A stretch of DNA of 64,000 nt from Puniceicoccaceae bacterium (GCA_040830765.1 JBFOMH010000018.1:32001-96000), one strand, 5' to 3'. Shown: positions 1-9,475, counted from the stretch's first letter. Translations and numbers: made by a program. The notes: generated by a model from the letters alone, not told the origin.

Positions 1-91
1 TTGCCCGAGGCCACCTGGCAACGGGTACTGGCTGATTTAAAATAAACCGCCGCTTGCCTCAACGGGCAGTTTGCGGCAAAACCCATTCATC

Positions 92-1375
92 ATGAACGAG
101 AATGAGGTAGAAAGTGCCATCCGGGAGATTGCCGCGAGATCCTTGCGGGCCTCGAGGCAGCTGGCGGCGTTGAGCACCGAACAGAAGAACGATGCCCTGA
201 TCCGGATCGCTGAACTTCTGGAGGCTCCGCAAACCCTGCCCATGCTGTTGGAAGCAAATGAAAAGGACTTGCAGACCGGTGCCTCGCTGGGCCTGTCCGA
301 TGCCCTGTTGGACCGGCTCCGCCTGACACCCGAACGCATCCGGGGAATGGTTGAGGGGACCCGCCAGGTCGCGGCATTGGAGGATCCCGTTGGCACCGTC
401 CTCGAGGAAAAAACCCACAAGAAGGGTTTCGCCATAGAGAAGGTGCGGGTGCCCATCGGTGTTATTGGCATTATCTACGAGTCCCGCCCCAACGTGACCA
501 TCGACTGCGCGGTGCTCTGCCTCAAGAGCGGGAATGCCACCATCCTCAGGGGTGGACGGGAAGCTTACCACAGCAACATGGCCCTCGCCCGGGTCATCCA
601 GAAGGCCCTCGAGGAAACCGGACTGCCCGGCGATGCCGTCCAGCTAGTCCCGACAGTTGACCGCTATGCCCTCAATGTCCTCCTGAAGCTGGACGACTAC
701 ATCCACTGCCTCATTCCCCGCGGCGGGGAGGGACTGATCCGGTTTGTCGCTGAAAATGCCCGCATGCCGGTCATCAAGCATTACAAGGGTGTCTGCAATG
801 TCTACCTCGACAAGGCAGTCGACCGGCAGATGGCGATCAAGGTCACGGTGAATGCCAAGTGCCAGCGTCCCAGTGTCTGCAATGCCGCGGAGAACCTGAT
901 TGTCCACGAAAGCCTGCTTGGCTCCACCTTTCCGCTTGTCGCCAAGGCCCTCAAGGAGCAGGGAGTGGAACTCAGGGTCGACGAACCGGCGGCCAGGGAA
1001 CTGGAAGCCTTTGGGAATATCCCCTTCACAATGGCTACCGAGGAGGACTACTACACGGAGTACCTCGACATGGTCATTGCCGTGAAGACCGTCCCCGACA
1101 TCCGCGCGGCCATCGACTTCGTCAATACCTATGGTTCCTGCCACAGTGACGCCATCCTTACAGAGGACCCCGAGGCCGCCCGCCAGTTCCAGACGGAAGT
1201 TGACTCGGCAACAGTCTACTGGAACGTCTCAACCCGCTTTACTGACGGATTCGAATTCGGACTTGGGGCGGAGATTGGGATTTCCACCGACAAGCTGCAT
1301 GCCCGCGGACCCATGGGGCTCAATGAGTTGACAACCTACAAGTATCTCATCCGTGGGCACGGGGAACTCAAATGA
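92..1375 (+). CDS. proA: Gamma-glutamyl phosphate reductase (glutamate-5-semialdehyde dehydrogenase)
   Basis: Motifs VPIGVIGIIYESRPNVT, catalytic PSVCNAAE and FGLGAEIGISTDKLHARGPMGL. ATG at 92 preferred over the ORF-track TTG at 71. Confidence 0.97.
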   Translation: MNENEVESAIREIAARSLRASRQLAALSTEQKNDALIRIAELLEAPQTLPMLLEANEKDLQTGASLGLSDALLDRLRLTPERIRGMVEGTRQVAALEDPVGTVLEEKTHKKGFAIEKVRVPIGVIGIIYESRPNVTIDCAVLCLKSGNATILRGGREAYHSNMALARVIQKALEETGLPGDAVQLVPTVDRYALNVLLKLDDYIHCLIPRGGEGLIRFVAENARMPVIKHYKGVCNVYLDKAVDRQMAIKVTVNAKCQRPSVCNAAENLIVHESLLGSTFPLVAKALKEQGVELRVDEPAARELEAFGNIPFTMATEEDYYTEYLDMVIAVKTVPDIRAAIDFVNTYGSCHSDAILTEDPEAARQFQTEVDSATVYWNVSTRFTDGFEFGLGAEIGISTDKLHARGPMGLNELTTYKYLIRGHGELK

Positions 1376-2298
1376 GCGCGCCGCTCATTGCTGACAGGAT
1401 TGCCTTCCGCCTGAGCTGGGAGGAACTCGATCCTGCTGCCCTCACCTCACTTGTCCGCATGGCCCGGGCGGAGGATTTGGCCGGGTTCGGCCTGGCCCGG
1501 CAACCCGCCCAGACCGGCGATGTCTCCAGTTCCGTCCTTGGCAAGACCGACCAGCCCGCCTCCGCGCGACTGGTGGCACGGGAAGACCTCGTTACCAGTG
1601 GAATCCCGCTCGTTCCCCTGGTGCTGGTAGCCTATGGGGAAGACGGACATTTCATTCCGGATGTCCGGGATGGCGAACATTGTCCGGCTGGCACTTGCCT
1701 TGGAACGCTTGAGGGTCCCTCGCGCCTCATCCTCGAGGCGGAGCGAGTGCTTCTCAATTTCCTCCAGAAGCTTTCCGGTGTCGCCACCCTGACCCGCCGG
1801 TATGTTGATGCCCTCGGGGACTCTCCAACCCGGCTCCTCGATACCCGCAAGACCACTCCTGGTTTCCGGGTCCTCGAGAAATATGCCGTTGCCTGCGGCG
1901 GGGGATTCAACCACCGAATCGGACTCTTTGACCGGGTCATGTTGAAAGACAACCATCTCGCCGCGGAGGGCGCGCAGCACGGTCCTGCCCTGACTGACCT
2001 TGTCCGCAGCACCCGAGCAAAATGGCCCGGACTGCTCATCGAACTGGAAGTTGACTCCATCGAACAGATACCTCCCGCTCTGGGCGCCGGGGTGGATGTC
2101 TTTCTACTCGATAATTTCTCGATGGAGAACCTGCAACAGGCCGTGAACATTATCGGCGATAAGGCTGCCACTGAGGCCAGCGGCGGTATCACTCTCGACA
2201 ATCTGCCAACCCTTGCCAATATGGGTTTGGATTTCATCTCCACCGGCGCGACTGTCCATCAATCCACTTGGAAGGACATCGGGCTGGACTGGAATTGA
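1372..2298 (+). CDS. nadC: Nicotinate-nucleotide pyrophosphorylase (quinolinate phosphoribosyltransferase)
   Basis: LLDTRKTTPG, NHRIGLFD, LKDNH, EASGGI motifs; ATGA overlap with proA. Confidence 0.96.
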   Translation: MSAPLIADRIAFRLSWEELDPAALTSLVRMARAEDLAGFGLARQPAQTGDVSSSVLGKTDQPASARLVAREDLVTSGIPLVPLVLVAYGEDGHFIPDVRDGEHCPAGTCLGTLEGPSRLILEAERVLLNFLQKLSGVATLTRRYVDALGDSPTRLLDTRKTTPGFRVLEKYAVACGGGFNHRIGLFDRVMLKDNHLAAEGAQHGPALTDLVRSTRAKWPGLLIELEVDSIEQIPPALGAGVDVFLLDNFSMENLQQAVNIIGDKAATEASGGITLDNLPTLANMGLDFISTGATVHQSTWKDIGLDWN

Positions 2299-2305
2299 CC
2301 CTAGC

Positions 2306-3292
2306 ATGAACCTCGACGCCAAAGTTCTCCTTTCCTTCATCCGCGCCGGAGGCCAGTTTGTCTCTGGTACCGAGATCGGTGACTCACTCGGGCTGTCCCG
2401 CGTCAGCGTCCATAACCACCTGGAAACCCTGCGCAAGGAGGGCTTTACCTTTTCCGCTATTCGCAACAAGGGATACCGTCTGGAAGCAGAGCCGGTAACC
2501 TTCCATCCCGCCCTCTTCGCGGCCCTGCTGGAGGACAACCCCTGCCCCTTCTTCGATTCCTACATCGCCCTGACCGAGGTCGACAGCACCAACAGCCTTG
2601 CGGAGCTCGAATTATCAAAGGGGCGCGCCACCCCGTTCTTTGTTGCTGCCGATGAGCAGACCGCTGGCCGCGGTCGACGAGGGCGCAACTGGTTCAGCCC
2701 GGATAAGAAAAACATCTACCTTTCCATCGCCCTGCGGCCAACCCTGCCCCCGTCCCGGCTCCAGACCATTACCCTCTGGCTCGGCATGCGCATTTGCCAA
2801 CTGCTCCGGGACAAGTTCGCCCTTCCCGTCCTCATCAAATGGCCCAACGACCTCATCCTCCATGACCGCAAGATCGCCGGGATGCTGACCGAGGCCCGGG
2901 TCGATGCCGAACAGACCCGCGACCTGATTTTCGGGCTGGGGCTTAACGTCAATGCCCGCGAAGCCGATTTCCCGGAAGAAATTTCCAAAATGGCCAGCTC
3001 TTTGGCCCTCAATACCGGCAAGGCCATCAATCTTTCCCGCCTCGCCCACAGCCTCGTGCACTGCCTCGCTCTGGCCGTTCAGGAATACCTCGATGACCAG
3101 TATGTTGATGAATTGGCAGCCCTCTGGCCGGAGTACGATTATCTGCGCGGCCAGGTTGTTGAGGCCGGTGACATCAAGGGAAGGGTACTCGGTATCAACA
3201 AGACCGGCTCCCTCCGCCTCGAACGCGAGAATGGCTCCACCATGCTCCTTCATAGCGGTGAGGTTTCCATCGGTTCCGGCAATATTGCCTAA
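2306..3292 (+). CDS. birA: Bifunctional biotin-[acetyl-CoA carboxylase] ligase / biotin repressor (type II, N-terminal HTH)
   Basis: N-terminal HTH (SGTEIGDSLGLSRVSV), DSTN, QTAGRGRRGR, KWPND, KIAGML. Start moved to ATG 2306, after the nadC stop. Confidence 0.95.
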   Translation: MNLDAKVLLSFIRAGGQFVSGTEIGDSLGLSRVSVHNHLETLRKEGFTFSAIRNKGYRLEAEPVTFHPALFAALLEDNPCPFFDSYIALTEVDSTNSLAELELSKGRATPFFVAADEQTAGRGRRGRNWFSPDKKNIYLSIALRPTLPPSRLQTITLWLGMRICQLLRDKFALPVLIKWPNDLILHDRKIAGMLTEARVDAEQTRDLIFGLGLNVNAREADFPEEISKMASSLALNTGKAINLSRLAHSLVHCLALAVQEYLDDQYVDELAALWPEYDYLRGQVVEAGDIKGRVLGINKTGSLRLERENGSTMLLHSGEVSIGSGNIA

Positions 3293-3324
3293 AAAAAATC
3301 CCCCGGTTTCTCAGGCCGGGGGAT
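3291..3324 (-). terminator. Rho-independent terminator (minus strand, possibly bidirectional)
   Basis: Hairpin ATCCCCCGG-N9-CCGGGGGAT next to an A-run on + (U-tract on the minus strand), between convergent birA and the radical SAM gene. Confidence 0.8.
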
Positions 3325-3405
3325 CACAAGGCCAATTTACTTGGCCACTTCTCTCTCTCTGTATTTGGGTTATCGGTGTAGGAGCCGATTAAAGTCCTTT
3401 CCTTG

Positions 3406-4161
3406 TCATACCGTCAGGGTGCGTTGCCGCATGCGCCGCCGAGCCACCGGCATTGGCCGGGCCTCGTCGGTGTGGCGAATTTCGTAGTTTTTCACGCGTC
3501 GCTCGACATAGGTACGAATGTCCTCGAGTGGCTTGTGGGGAAATGCCGGCCGGCCCTGCAGCTCCGAACGCAGGGGATTGGAGGACACGAAGTCCTGCAC
3601 CACGAACCGGTCTGCGCCATGCACCAGTTCTGCAATCGCTTTCAGTTCACGGGTCGTGTGCAGACCCGGTACCACGGTTGTCTTGAACTCATGGGTAATG
3701 CCGGACTGCTTGACAATCCAGACACTGGTCCGGATCAGCTCCGTATCGATCTGCCGCCCGACAAGGCCGGGATAATTCGCCAGGGGCGCCTTCACGTCCA
3801 TGGCCACGTAGTCGACCAGGTTTTCCACCAGCAGTTCCCGCAAGACGTCCGGTTGGGTTCCATTGGTATCCAGTTTGACCGCCAGCCCAAGGGATTTGGC
3901 CCGCTCCAGGCAGACTTTCAGGTCCTCCTGCAACGTCGGTTCACCGCCGCTGAAGACGACCCCGTCAATCCGGTCGAGGCGTTTCTTGAGATAATTTTCC
4001 GCGTAATCCCAGTCATGCCCGGTTCCTGTGTCGCAATCGCCCAAAAGGCTGGCGTAACCACAGTAGGAGCACCTCAGATTGCAACCGCGAACATAAATCA
4101 CGACTGCTTGCTTGCCGGGATAATCAAACTCACCCGCTTTTTCTACGCTCCCAATCAACAT
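3406..4161 (-). CDS. nrdG: Anaerobic ribonucleoside-triphosphate reductase activating protein-like radical SAM enzyme
   Basis: GCNLRCSYC (CxxxCxxC), GVVFSGGEPTLQ, VKLDTNG, DYVAMDVKAP, EFKTTVVP. Confidence 0.8.
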   Translation of the reverse strand: MLIGSVEKAGEFDYPGKQAVVIYVRGCNLRCSYCGYASLLGDCDTGTGHDWDYAENYLKKRLDRIDGVVFSGGEPTLQEDLKVCLERAKSLGLAVKLDTNGTQPDVLRELLVENLVDYVAMDVKAPLANYPGLVGRQIDTELIRTSVWIVKQSGITHEFKTTVVPGLHTTRELKAIAELVHGADRFVVQDFVSSNPLRSELQGRPAFPHKPLEDIRTYVERRVKNYEIRHTDEARPMPVARRRMRQRTLTV

Positions 4162-4345
4162 AACCAGATATTCTAATAGTGTGGCAGTTTTATTATCAGT
4201 TTTTGTTATGCCATCAAGAAAATTTAGAAATCGTAAGTTTTGCTAATAGCTCCAATCGCCTTAACTAATTTAAGATATTTGTAAAATTCCCCCCGGACTG
4301 TGGCTTCCACTGGACAAGCGGCCAGGCTACTGGTTTCATTCTGAC

Positions 4346-5194
4346 ATGGATTCATCCATGATAAAACTCACGGTTTGGACGGAAGGGCTGGGGGAATTCT
4401 GGGGAATTGCCTCAGCGCAAAAGGAGCGGCGCCAGCGGGGCGAAATGAACCCGGACGAGGTCGTCACCATTATTGGCAACATCATCGAGGAAAACACCCA
4501 CGATGCGAATGGACTCTTTATTCTGGAGTCCAGTGGGCGACGGCTCAACGTCACTCTCAGCAACGGGGTGGTTGAGGTCTCGGACCCACGCGATGCCAAC
4601 TACCAGAACGTCGCCATAGCGGAGTCTGAGCTAACGGAATACTTGATTAAGTTCTTTGCCCCTGCTGCGGCAGAGTCCAATGAGAATTTGCGCACTCCAC
4701 TCGTGCAGACGCTGGAGTACGTCGTGGCCATTGCCGCGATTGTGGTCTTTGGCCTGACAATACGGTTTGTCATCGGCTTCATGCAGGACAGCTCCCAGTT
4801 CATGCCCGAACCGGAGGCCGTGGAAATCAGCGACCGGATACAGGTGCAGAACCTGAAGGTACAATACGCAGGGGTTTATGCCACCCGGATGCGTGACGGT
4901 GAAATGGTCATTGAACTGCGGGATGACGGGACTTGGAATTATTACGACATTCAGGGCGGCTCACTTGGTTCCTTTATCCTCTCCCCGGTAAACAGCGGGC
5001 AATTCCGGCCTGTCTATGAATCCGGCCGCCTGGCCATCCTGACCGATTCCCGATACCTCTTTTATCCGAGCACCAACTTGGAGGAAGGAATCACCTTCCT
5101 GCAAAGGCCCTTCAAGAAGATCGCCAATACGCGGGATGACCTGCCTTACGTCTCCTTCCCGGATGAAATTGTGGGAAGCGTGGCCTACCGTTAA
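4346..5194 (+). CDS. Hypothetical single-pass membrane protein
   Basis: 282-aa ORF with one central hydrophobic segment (YVVAIAAIVVFGLTIRFVIGF); fills the gap between flanking genes; no family recognised. Confidence 0.7.
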   Translation: MDSSMIKLTVWTEGLGEFWGIASAQKERRQRGEMNPDEVVTIIGNIIEENTHDANGLFILESSGRRLNVTLSNGVVEVSDPRDANYQNVAIAESELTEYLIKFFAPAAAESNENLRTPLVQTLEYVVAIAAIVVFGLTIRFVIGFMQDSSQFMPEPEAVEISDRIQVQNLKVQYAGVYATRMRDGEMVIELRDDGTWNYYDIQGGSLGSFILSPVNSGQFRPVYESGRLAILTDSRYLFYPSTNLEEGITFLQRPFKKIANTRDDLPYVSFPDEIVGSVAYR

Positions 5195-5224
5195 GGTTTA
5201 CGAAAACGGCTTTTCCTTCAGGTC

Positions 5225-6328
5225 CTACTGGACGATGCCGCCTTCCGAAAGGAAGATGCCCTTGAGGTTCATTTCCAGGGCCTTCGGATTCGGGGAGGCT
5301 TCAAGGCCAACCTGCTTGCTGACCAATCCTTCCTTGATCAGCCGGTAAAGGTCCTGGTTGAAGGAACGGGAACCGGAATCCTTGCTCGCCTCGATTACCG
5401 CAGGGATCTTCTCGAACTTGCCTTCCTGAAGAATGGTCCGGGCCAGGGTGTCGACCACGAAAGCCTCAAGCACGGGCAAGCGTCCGGTCCCCTCGAGGGC
5501 CGGAATCAGCCGTTGGGTGATCGTCGCCCGGAGCGTACTGGCAACCATCCGCCGCAGACCGGCATGCTGGTCCGGGGGATAGTATTCAAAGAGTCGCTGC
5601 ACGGCCTGTTGGGCATTGGAGCTGTGCAGGGTGCCGAACACGTAGTGACCGGTTTCCGCAGCCGTGAGGGCTGTATCGAACGTATCCGCATCACGCATTT
5701 CCCCAATGAGAATCATATCCGGGTCCTGGCGGAGGACACTCTTCATGCCGTGCAGGAAGGACGGAGTATCGATGCCCACTTCCCGCTGATCAAAACTCGA
5801 CTTGATGTCGGAATACGTGAACTCAATGGGGTCCTCCAGCGTGACGATGTGCTTGTCCACGTTGAGGTTAATCCAGTTGAGCATGGCCGCCAGGGTGGAA
5901 CTTTTACCACTGCCCGTCGGTCCACAAACCAGCATGATGCCGTCATTCTGATCACAAAGGTCGGTAAACAGTTTCGGATCAAGGTTCAGGCTCTCAAAGC
6001 TCGGGGGACGGTCCTTGACATAACGGAAGACCATACTGGGCGTCCCGCGCTGGTAGAATGCATTGACACGGAATCGGCCGACATCCGGAAGGCGGTAACT
6101 ATAGTCAATCTGGTTATCCGTCTGCCAGCGCTCGACGAACTGGGGCGGACAGGAATCCTCCACGAAAGCCAGGATCTGGTTGACCCCAAGGGGATCCATA
6201 TCAATTGGCTCAAGGTGGCCGTCAATTCGCAGAAGAGCCGGCTTGTTGGTTTTGACGTGCACGTCGCTGGCTCCGTTGTCCACGGCGAGCTGCAGCAAGT
6301 TGTTGAAAAGTTCAAGCGTTTCAGACAT
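5225..6328 (-). CDS. PilT/PilU-family type IV pilus ATPase
   Basis: ASDVH, RFRVNAF, Walker A GPTGSGKS, TLEDPIE, LRQDPD-GEMRD, His box TGH..FGTLH. Confidence 0.92.
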   Translation of the reverse strand: MSETLELFNNLLQLAVDNGASDVHVKTNKPALLRIDGHLEPIDMDPLGVNQILAFVEDSCPPQFVERWQTDNQIDYSYRLPDVGRFRVNAFYQRGTPSMVFRYVKDRPPSFESLNLDPKLFTDLCDQNDGIMLVCGPTGSGKSSTLAAMLNWINLNVDKHIVTLEDPIEFTYSDIKSSFDQREVGIDTPSFLHGMKSVLRQDPDMILIGEMRDADTFDTALTAAETGHYVFGTLHSSNAQQAVQRLFEYYPPDQHAGLRRMVASTLRATITQRLIPALEGTGRLPVLEAFVVDTLARTILQEGKFEKIPAVIEASKDSGSRSFNQDLYRLIKEGLVSKQVGLEASPNPKALEMNLKGIFLSEGGIVQ

Positions 6329-6399
6329 GGCAAATTAGCGTTTGAAATCTAAACGGTGCCTACATACGGTGGCAAATTCATTTTATTTAGCAGTACTAT

Positions 6400-7302
6400 A
6401 TGTCTTCAAATCAGATATTTCGCGGGGTTTTTACAGCATTAGTGACCCCGATGGACGAAGCCGGGCAAATCGACTGGCAGACGCTTGGATCATTGGTTGA
6501 ATTCCAGGTGGCCAGCGGTATTGACGGGCTGGTTCCAGTCGGCACCACCGGTGAGTCCCCCACCCTTGATACAGATGAGCATATCCGGGTCATTGAAGCG
6601 GTTGTGGAAGCAGCCGCCGGGCGGGTTCCGGTCATTGCCGGAACCGGAGCCAACAGCACGGATGAAGCGCTCGAACTGACCCGGGCCGCGGACATGGCCG
6701 GGGCGGATGCTTTTCTCCAGGTGGCTCCCTATTACAACAAGCCTAGCCAGGAGGGTGTCTTTCGTCACTTTGAGAAGATCGCCAAGAGCACCAACAAGCC
6801 GATTGTCCTCTATTCCATTCCGGGCCGCTGCGGCATCGAAATCGGGGTGGAGACAGTCGCCCGCCTGGCGGAGGCCTGCCCCAATGTGCGGACCATCAAG
6901 GAGGCTGGCGGTGAAGTAAGCCGCGTTGAGCAACTCCGACAGGCCTGCCCGGAGGTGACTGTCCTCAGCGGGGATGACGGACTGGTTCCGGAATTTGTTG
7001 CCGCTGGAGCCGAGGGTGTCATCAGTGTTGCCTCCAACCTCGCTCCGAAAGTGATCAAGGACTTGACCAATGCCTGCCTCAATGGCGATCAGGCATCGGC
7101 CGACAGCCTTTTCAACAAGTGGCAAGCCCTGCTGACCGATCTGGTCTTCCTCGACGGTAACCCGGTGACGATCAAGGAAGTGATGTTCCAGTCGGGTCGC
7201 CTACCCCACCCGACGGTCCGCCTGCCTTTGGTCCGGACAGCGGAAGCCAACCAGGCCCGCATCGGCGAACTCCTGCAATCCCTCAACCTGGAGACACCAT
7301 GA
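6400..7302 (+). CDS. dapA: 4-hydroxy-tetrahydrodipicolinate synthase
   Basis: TALVTP, GTTGESPTL, PYYNKP, LYSIPGR, IKEA, LSGDD. Confidence 0.96.
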   Translation: MSSNQIFRGVFTALVTPMDEAGQIDWQTLGSLVEFQVASGIDGLVPVGTTGESPTLDTDEHIRVIEAVVEAAAGRVPVIAGTGANSTDEALELTRAADMAGADAFLQVAPYYNKPSQEGVFRHFEKIAKSTNKPIVLYSIPGRCGIEIGVETVARLAEACPNVRTIKEAGGEVSRVEQLRQACPEVTVLSGDDGLVPEFVAAGAEGVISVASNLAPKVIKDLTNACLNGDQASADSLFNKWQALLTDLVFLDGNPVTIKEVMFQSGRLPHPTVRLPLVRTAEANQARIGELLQSLNLETP

Positions 7303-8057
7303 GCGACCAACTTCCCATCATGATTTGCGGCTACAAGGGACGGATGGGGCAAACCCTTCTCTCCCTCGCCGAGTCCGAAAATGCCGTCGTCAAGGCACAG
7401 AAGGATCAGGGCGACGACCTCGGGCAGGATCTGGCTGGAATCCGGGTTGCTATTGATTTCAGCTTTCACACCGCCACCGCCGACCTGGCCGAGGCCTGTG
7501 CCGCCAATGGCGTTGCCCTGGTCATCGGGACCACTGGCCACACGGAAGAGGAGCGTAGCCGTATCATGGCCTGTACCGAAAAGATTCCGATTGTCTGGGC
7601 GGGTAATTACTCCATCGGCGTGAATCTCCTTTTCCACCTCACTGAGGCCGCCGCCCGGGTCCTCGGCGACCGCTACCAGGCGGAAGTCATGGAGATCCAT
7701 CACCAACACAAGAAAGACGCACCAAGCGGAACTGCCGTCAATTTAGCAGAAGCCATCGAGGAGGCCCCCGCCTTTAAAAAGGACCGGCGCGTCCACGGGC
7801 GTGAAGGGGACACCGGGGCGCGGACCAATGATGAAATCGGCATGCATGCCCTGCGCGGTGGGGAAATCATCGGCGAGCATACCGTCTTTTTCTTTGGCGA
7901 GAACGACCGAATCGAACTGACCCACCGGGCCAGTGACCGTCGTATCTTCGCAACCGGTGCCTACCGGGCTGCCCGTTGGGCAGCTGACCAGAAGCCGGGA
8001 CTCTATAACATGCGGGATGTGCTCGGACTGGGAGCTCCCGGGGAAAGCGCCGTATGA
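7299..8057 (+). CDS. dapB: 4-hydroxy-tetrahydrodipicolinate reductase
   Basis: GxxGRMG, IGTTG, EIHHQHKKDAPSGTA, RGGEIIGEH; overlaps dapA. Confidence 0.96.
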   Translation: MSDQLPIMICGYKGRMGQTLLSLAESENAVVKAQKDQGDDLGQDLAGIRVAIDFSFHTATADLAEACAANGVALVIGTTGHTEEERSRIMACTEKIPIVWAGNYSIGVNLLFHLTEAAARVLGDRYQAEVMEIHHQHKKDAPSGTAVNLAEAIEEAPAFKKDRRVHGREGDTGARTNDEIGMHALRGGEIIGEHTVFFFGENDRIELTHRASDRRIFATGAYRAARWAADQKPGLYNMRDVLGLGAPGESAV

Positions 8058-8668
8058 TCAGTTTCATAGAAGGAGTTGTTGAATCGGCCATGCCCCTGGA
8101 GGTTGTCCTCAATTGCCAGGGCGTCGGCTACAGCATTCATGTTCCTGTCACGACGGCGGAAAAGATTCCACCCATCGGTGAAGGGGTACGCCTTCATATC
8201 CACCCGGTTTACCGCGAGGATAGCCAGGCGCTCTATGGCTTTGCCAGCCGGGATGAGCGCGATTTCTTCCATCTTGTCACCAGCAAGGTCAGTGGCATTG
8301 GACCAAAGATCGCCCTCAACCTGATGAGCCGGCTCTCTTTCCAGATGCTTCAGGAGGCCATTGCCCGCAGCGATGCCGCCCTCCTTGCCAAATGTCCGGG
8401 TATCGGCAAGAAAACCGCCGAGCGGATCTGCATCGAGTTGAAGGACAAGGTCGGCCTCCCGACGCCGTCTTCGACAGCCGCTGCGGCAACCGAAACAACT
8501 ACCGAAGGATCAAGCTCAGCGGGAGGGTATTCCGATGCAGTGCAGGCCCTCATGACCCTCGGCTTCAAGATGGATGCCGCCGACAAGGCGGTCCGCAAGG
8601 CGAGTCAGGAACTCGGGGCCTCCGCCTCTGCCGACGCCCTTATCAAGGCAGCCTTGAAGAGCAGCTGA
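8054..8668 (+). CDS. ruvA: Holliday junction branch migration protein RuvA
   Basis: GVGY, REDSQALYGF, VSGIGPKIAL, PGIGKKTAERI, ALMTLGF. Confidence 0.96.
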   Translation: MISFIEGVVESAMPLEVVLNCQGVGYSIHVPVTTAEKIPPIGEGVRLHIHPVYREDSQALYGFASRDERDFFHLVTSKVSGIGPKIALNLMSRLSFQMLQEAIARSDAALLAKCPGIGKKTAERICIELKDKVGLPTPSSTAAAATETTTEGSSSAGGYSDAVQALMTLGFKMDAADKAVRKASQELGASASADALIKAALKSS

Positions 8669-8672
8669 CTTA

Positions 8673-8720
8673 TCGCGCCATAAAGGCGCTCGCTACGTAG
8701 GGAGCGGGTTTATCCCGCGA
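8673..8720. repeat. GTAG-type REP doublet (two divergent REPs joined at CTAC/GTAG)
   Basis: Minus GTAG-CGA-GCGCC-TTTAT-GGCGC-GA (8673-8696) abuts plus GTAG-GGA-GCGGG-TTTAT-CCCGC-GA (8697-8720). A homologous unit occurs at 35507-35589. Confidence 0.8.
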
Positions 8721-8721
8721 A

Positions 8722-9381
8722 TCAACTCCGCCCGCGGGACAGCTCCTGGGCGAATCCGTGCACGCTTTCCCCGTTCAGCCCAAGGGAGCGGCTGAGGCAA
8801 CTGCGAGCCCGGGCGATGCGGCTCTTGACCGTACCAATCGGGATTTCCAGACTTTCCCCGATTTCCTCATAACTGAGGTTATCCAGCAGGCGCATGGCCA
8901 TGATTTCACGGTGGGCTTCCGGAAGGCGATCCAGATGGTCCTCCACGGATTCCTGAAACTCATTCCAGCGCATCCGGTCACCCGGGTCGGCCTCGTCATC
9001 AGGAAGGATGTCCTTGAGACTGAAACCATCCTCTGTCAGCGGCAAGTCCAGGGAGAGGCCGCGGTCGCGCTGGCGACGTTTCCAGTACCAGTAGCGGTTA
9101 CGGGCGAGGTTGCTGGCGATCTGGTACAGCCAGGTCGAGAAACTGGCCTCCCAACGGAAATCGGGCAGGCTTTCATATGCTTTGGTGAACGCATCCTGCG
9201 TTACTTCCTCGGCGTCTTCACGATTGCCAAGCAACTGGTAGACGCGGGCGAATATCCGGCTCCAATAACGCTCAATGAGCTGGTTGTAGGCCTGATGATT
9301 GCCTTCGACAACGGCTTCGGCGATACGGCGGTCCGGGTCAAGGGGCAGGGACTCTCGTAGGGCAAGATTGGAGGTAACCAT
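8722..9381 (-). CDS. ECF-family RNA polymerase sigma-70 factor
   Basis: Region 2 DAEEVTQDAF..FSTWLYQIASN; region 4 LSYEEIGESLEIPIGTVKSRIARAR. Confidence 0.93.
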   Translation of the reverse strand: MVTSNLALRESLPLDPDRRIAEAVVEGNHQAYNQLIERYWSRIFARVYQLLGNREDAEEVTQDAFTKAYESLPDFRWEASFSTWLYQIASNLARNRYWYWKRRQRDRGLSLDLPLTEDGFSLKDILPDDEADPGDRMRWNEFQESVEDHLDRLPEAHREIMAMRLLDNLSYEEIGESLEIPIGTVKSRIARARSCLSRSLGLNGESVHGFAQELSRGRS

Positions 9382-9430
9382 ACCCTACTCTACGCACCAA
9401 CCCCCCATTTGGATGCACCTCAACCCAAAT

Positions 9431-9475
9431 TACTTAGTCCCAATCTTAATCTTAGCCTTAATCTTGATCTTAATC
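9431..9475. repeat. Hexamer tandem repeat (ATCTTA-like)
   Basis: Reads tactta gtccca atctta atctta gcctta atcttg atctta; 9443-9472 matches 11443-11472 at 29 of 30 positions. Confidence 0.85.

Noticed and set aside
3330..3361. Small hairpin GGCCAA/TTGGCC and a (CT)n run
   Set aside because: Too short to support an ncRNA or functional repeat call.
4162..4345. NrdR box or sigma-54 promoter upstream of the NrdG-like gene
   Set aside because: AT-rich with partial matches only (TGGCA without a -12 TTGC; no convincing NrdR palindrome pair).
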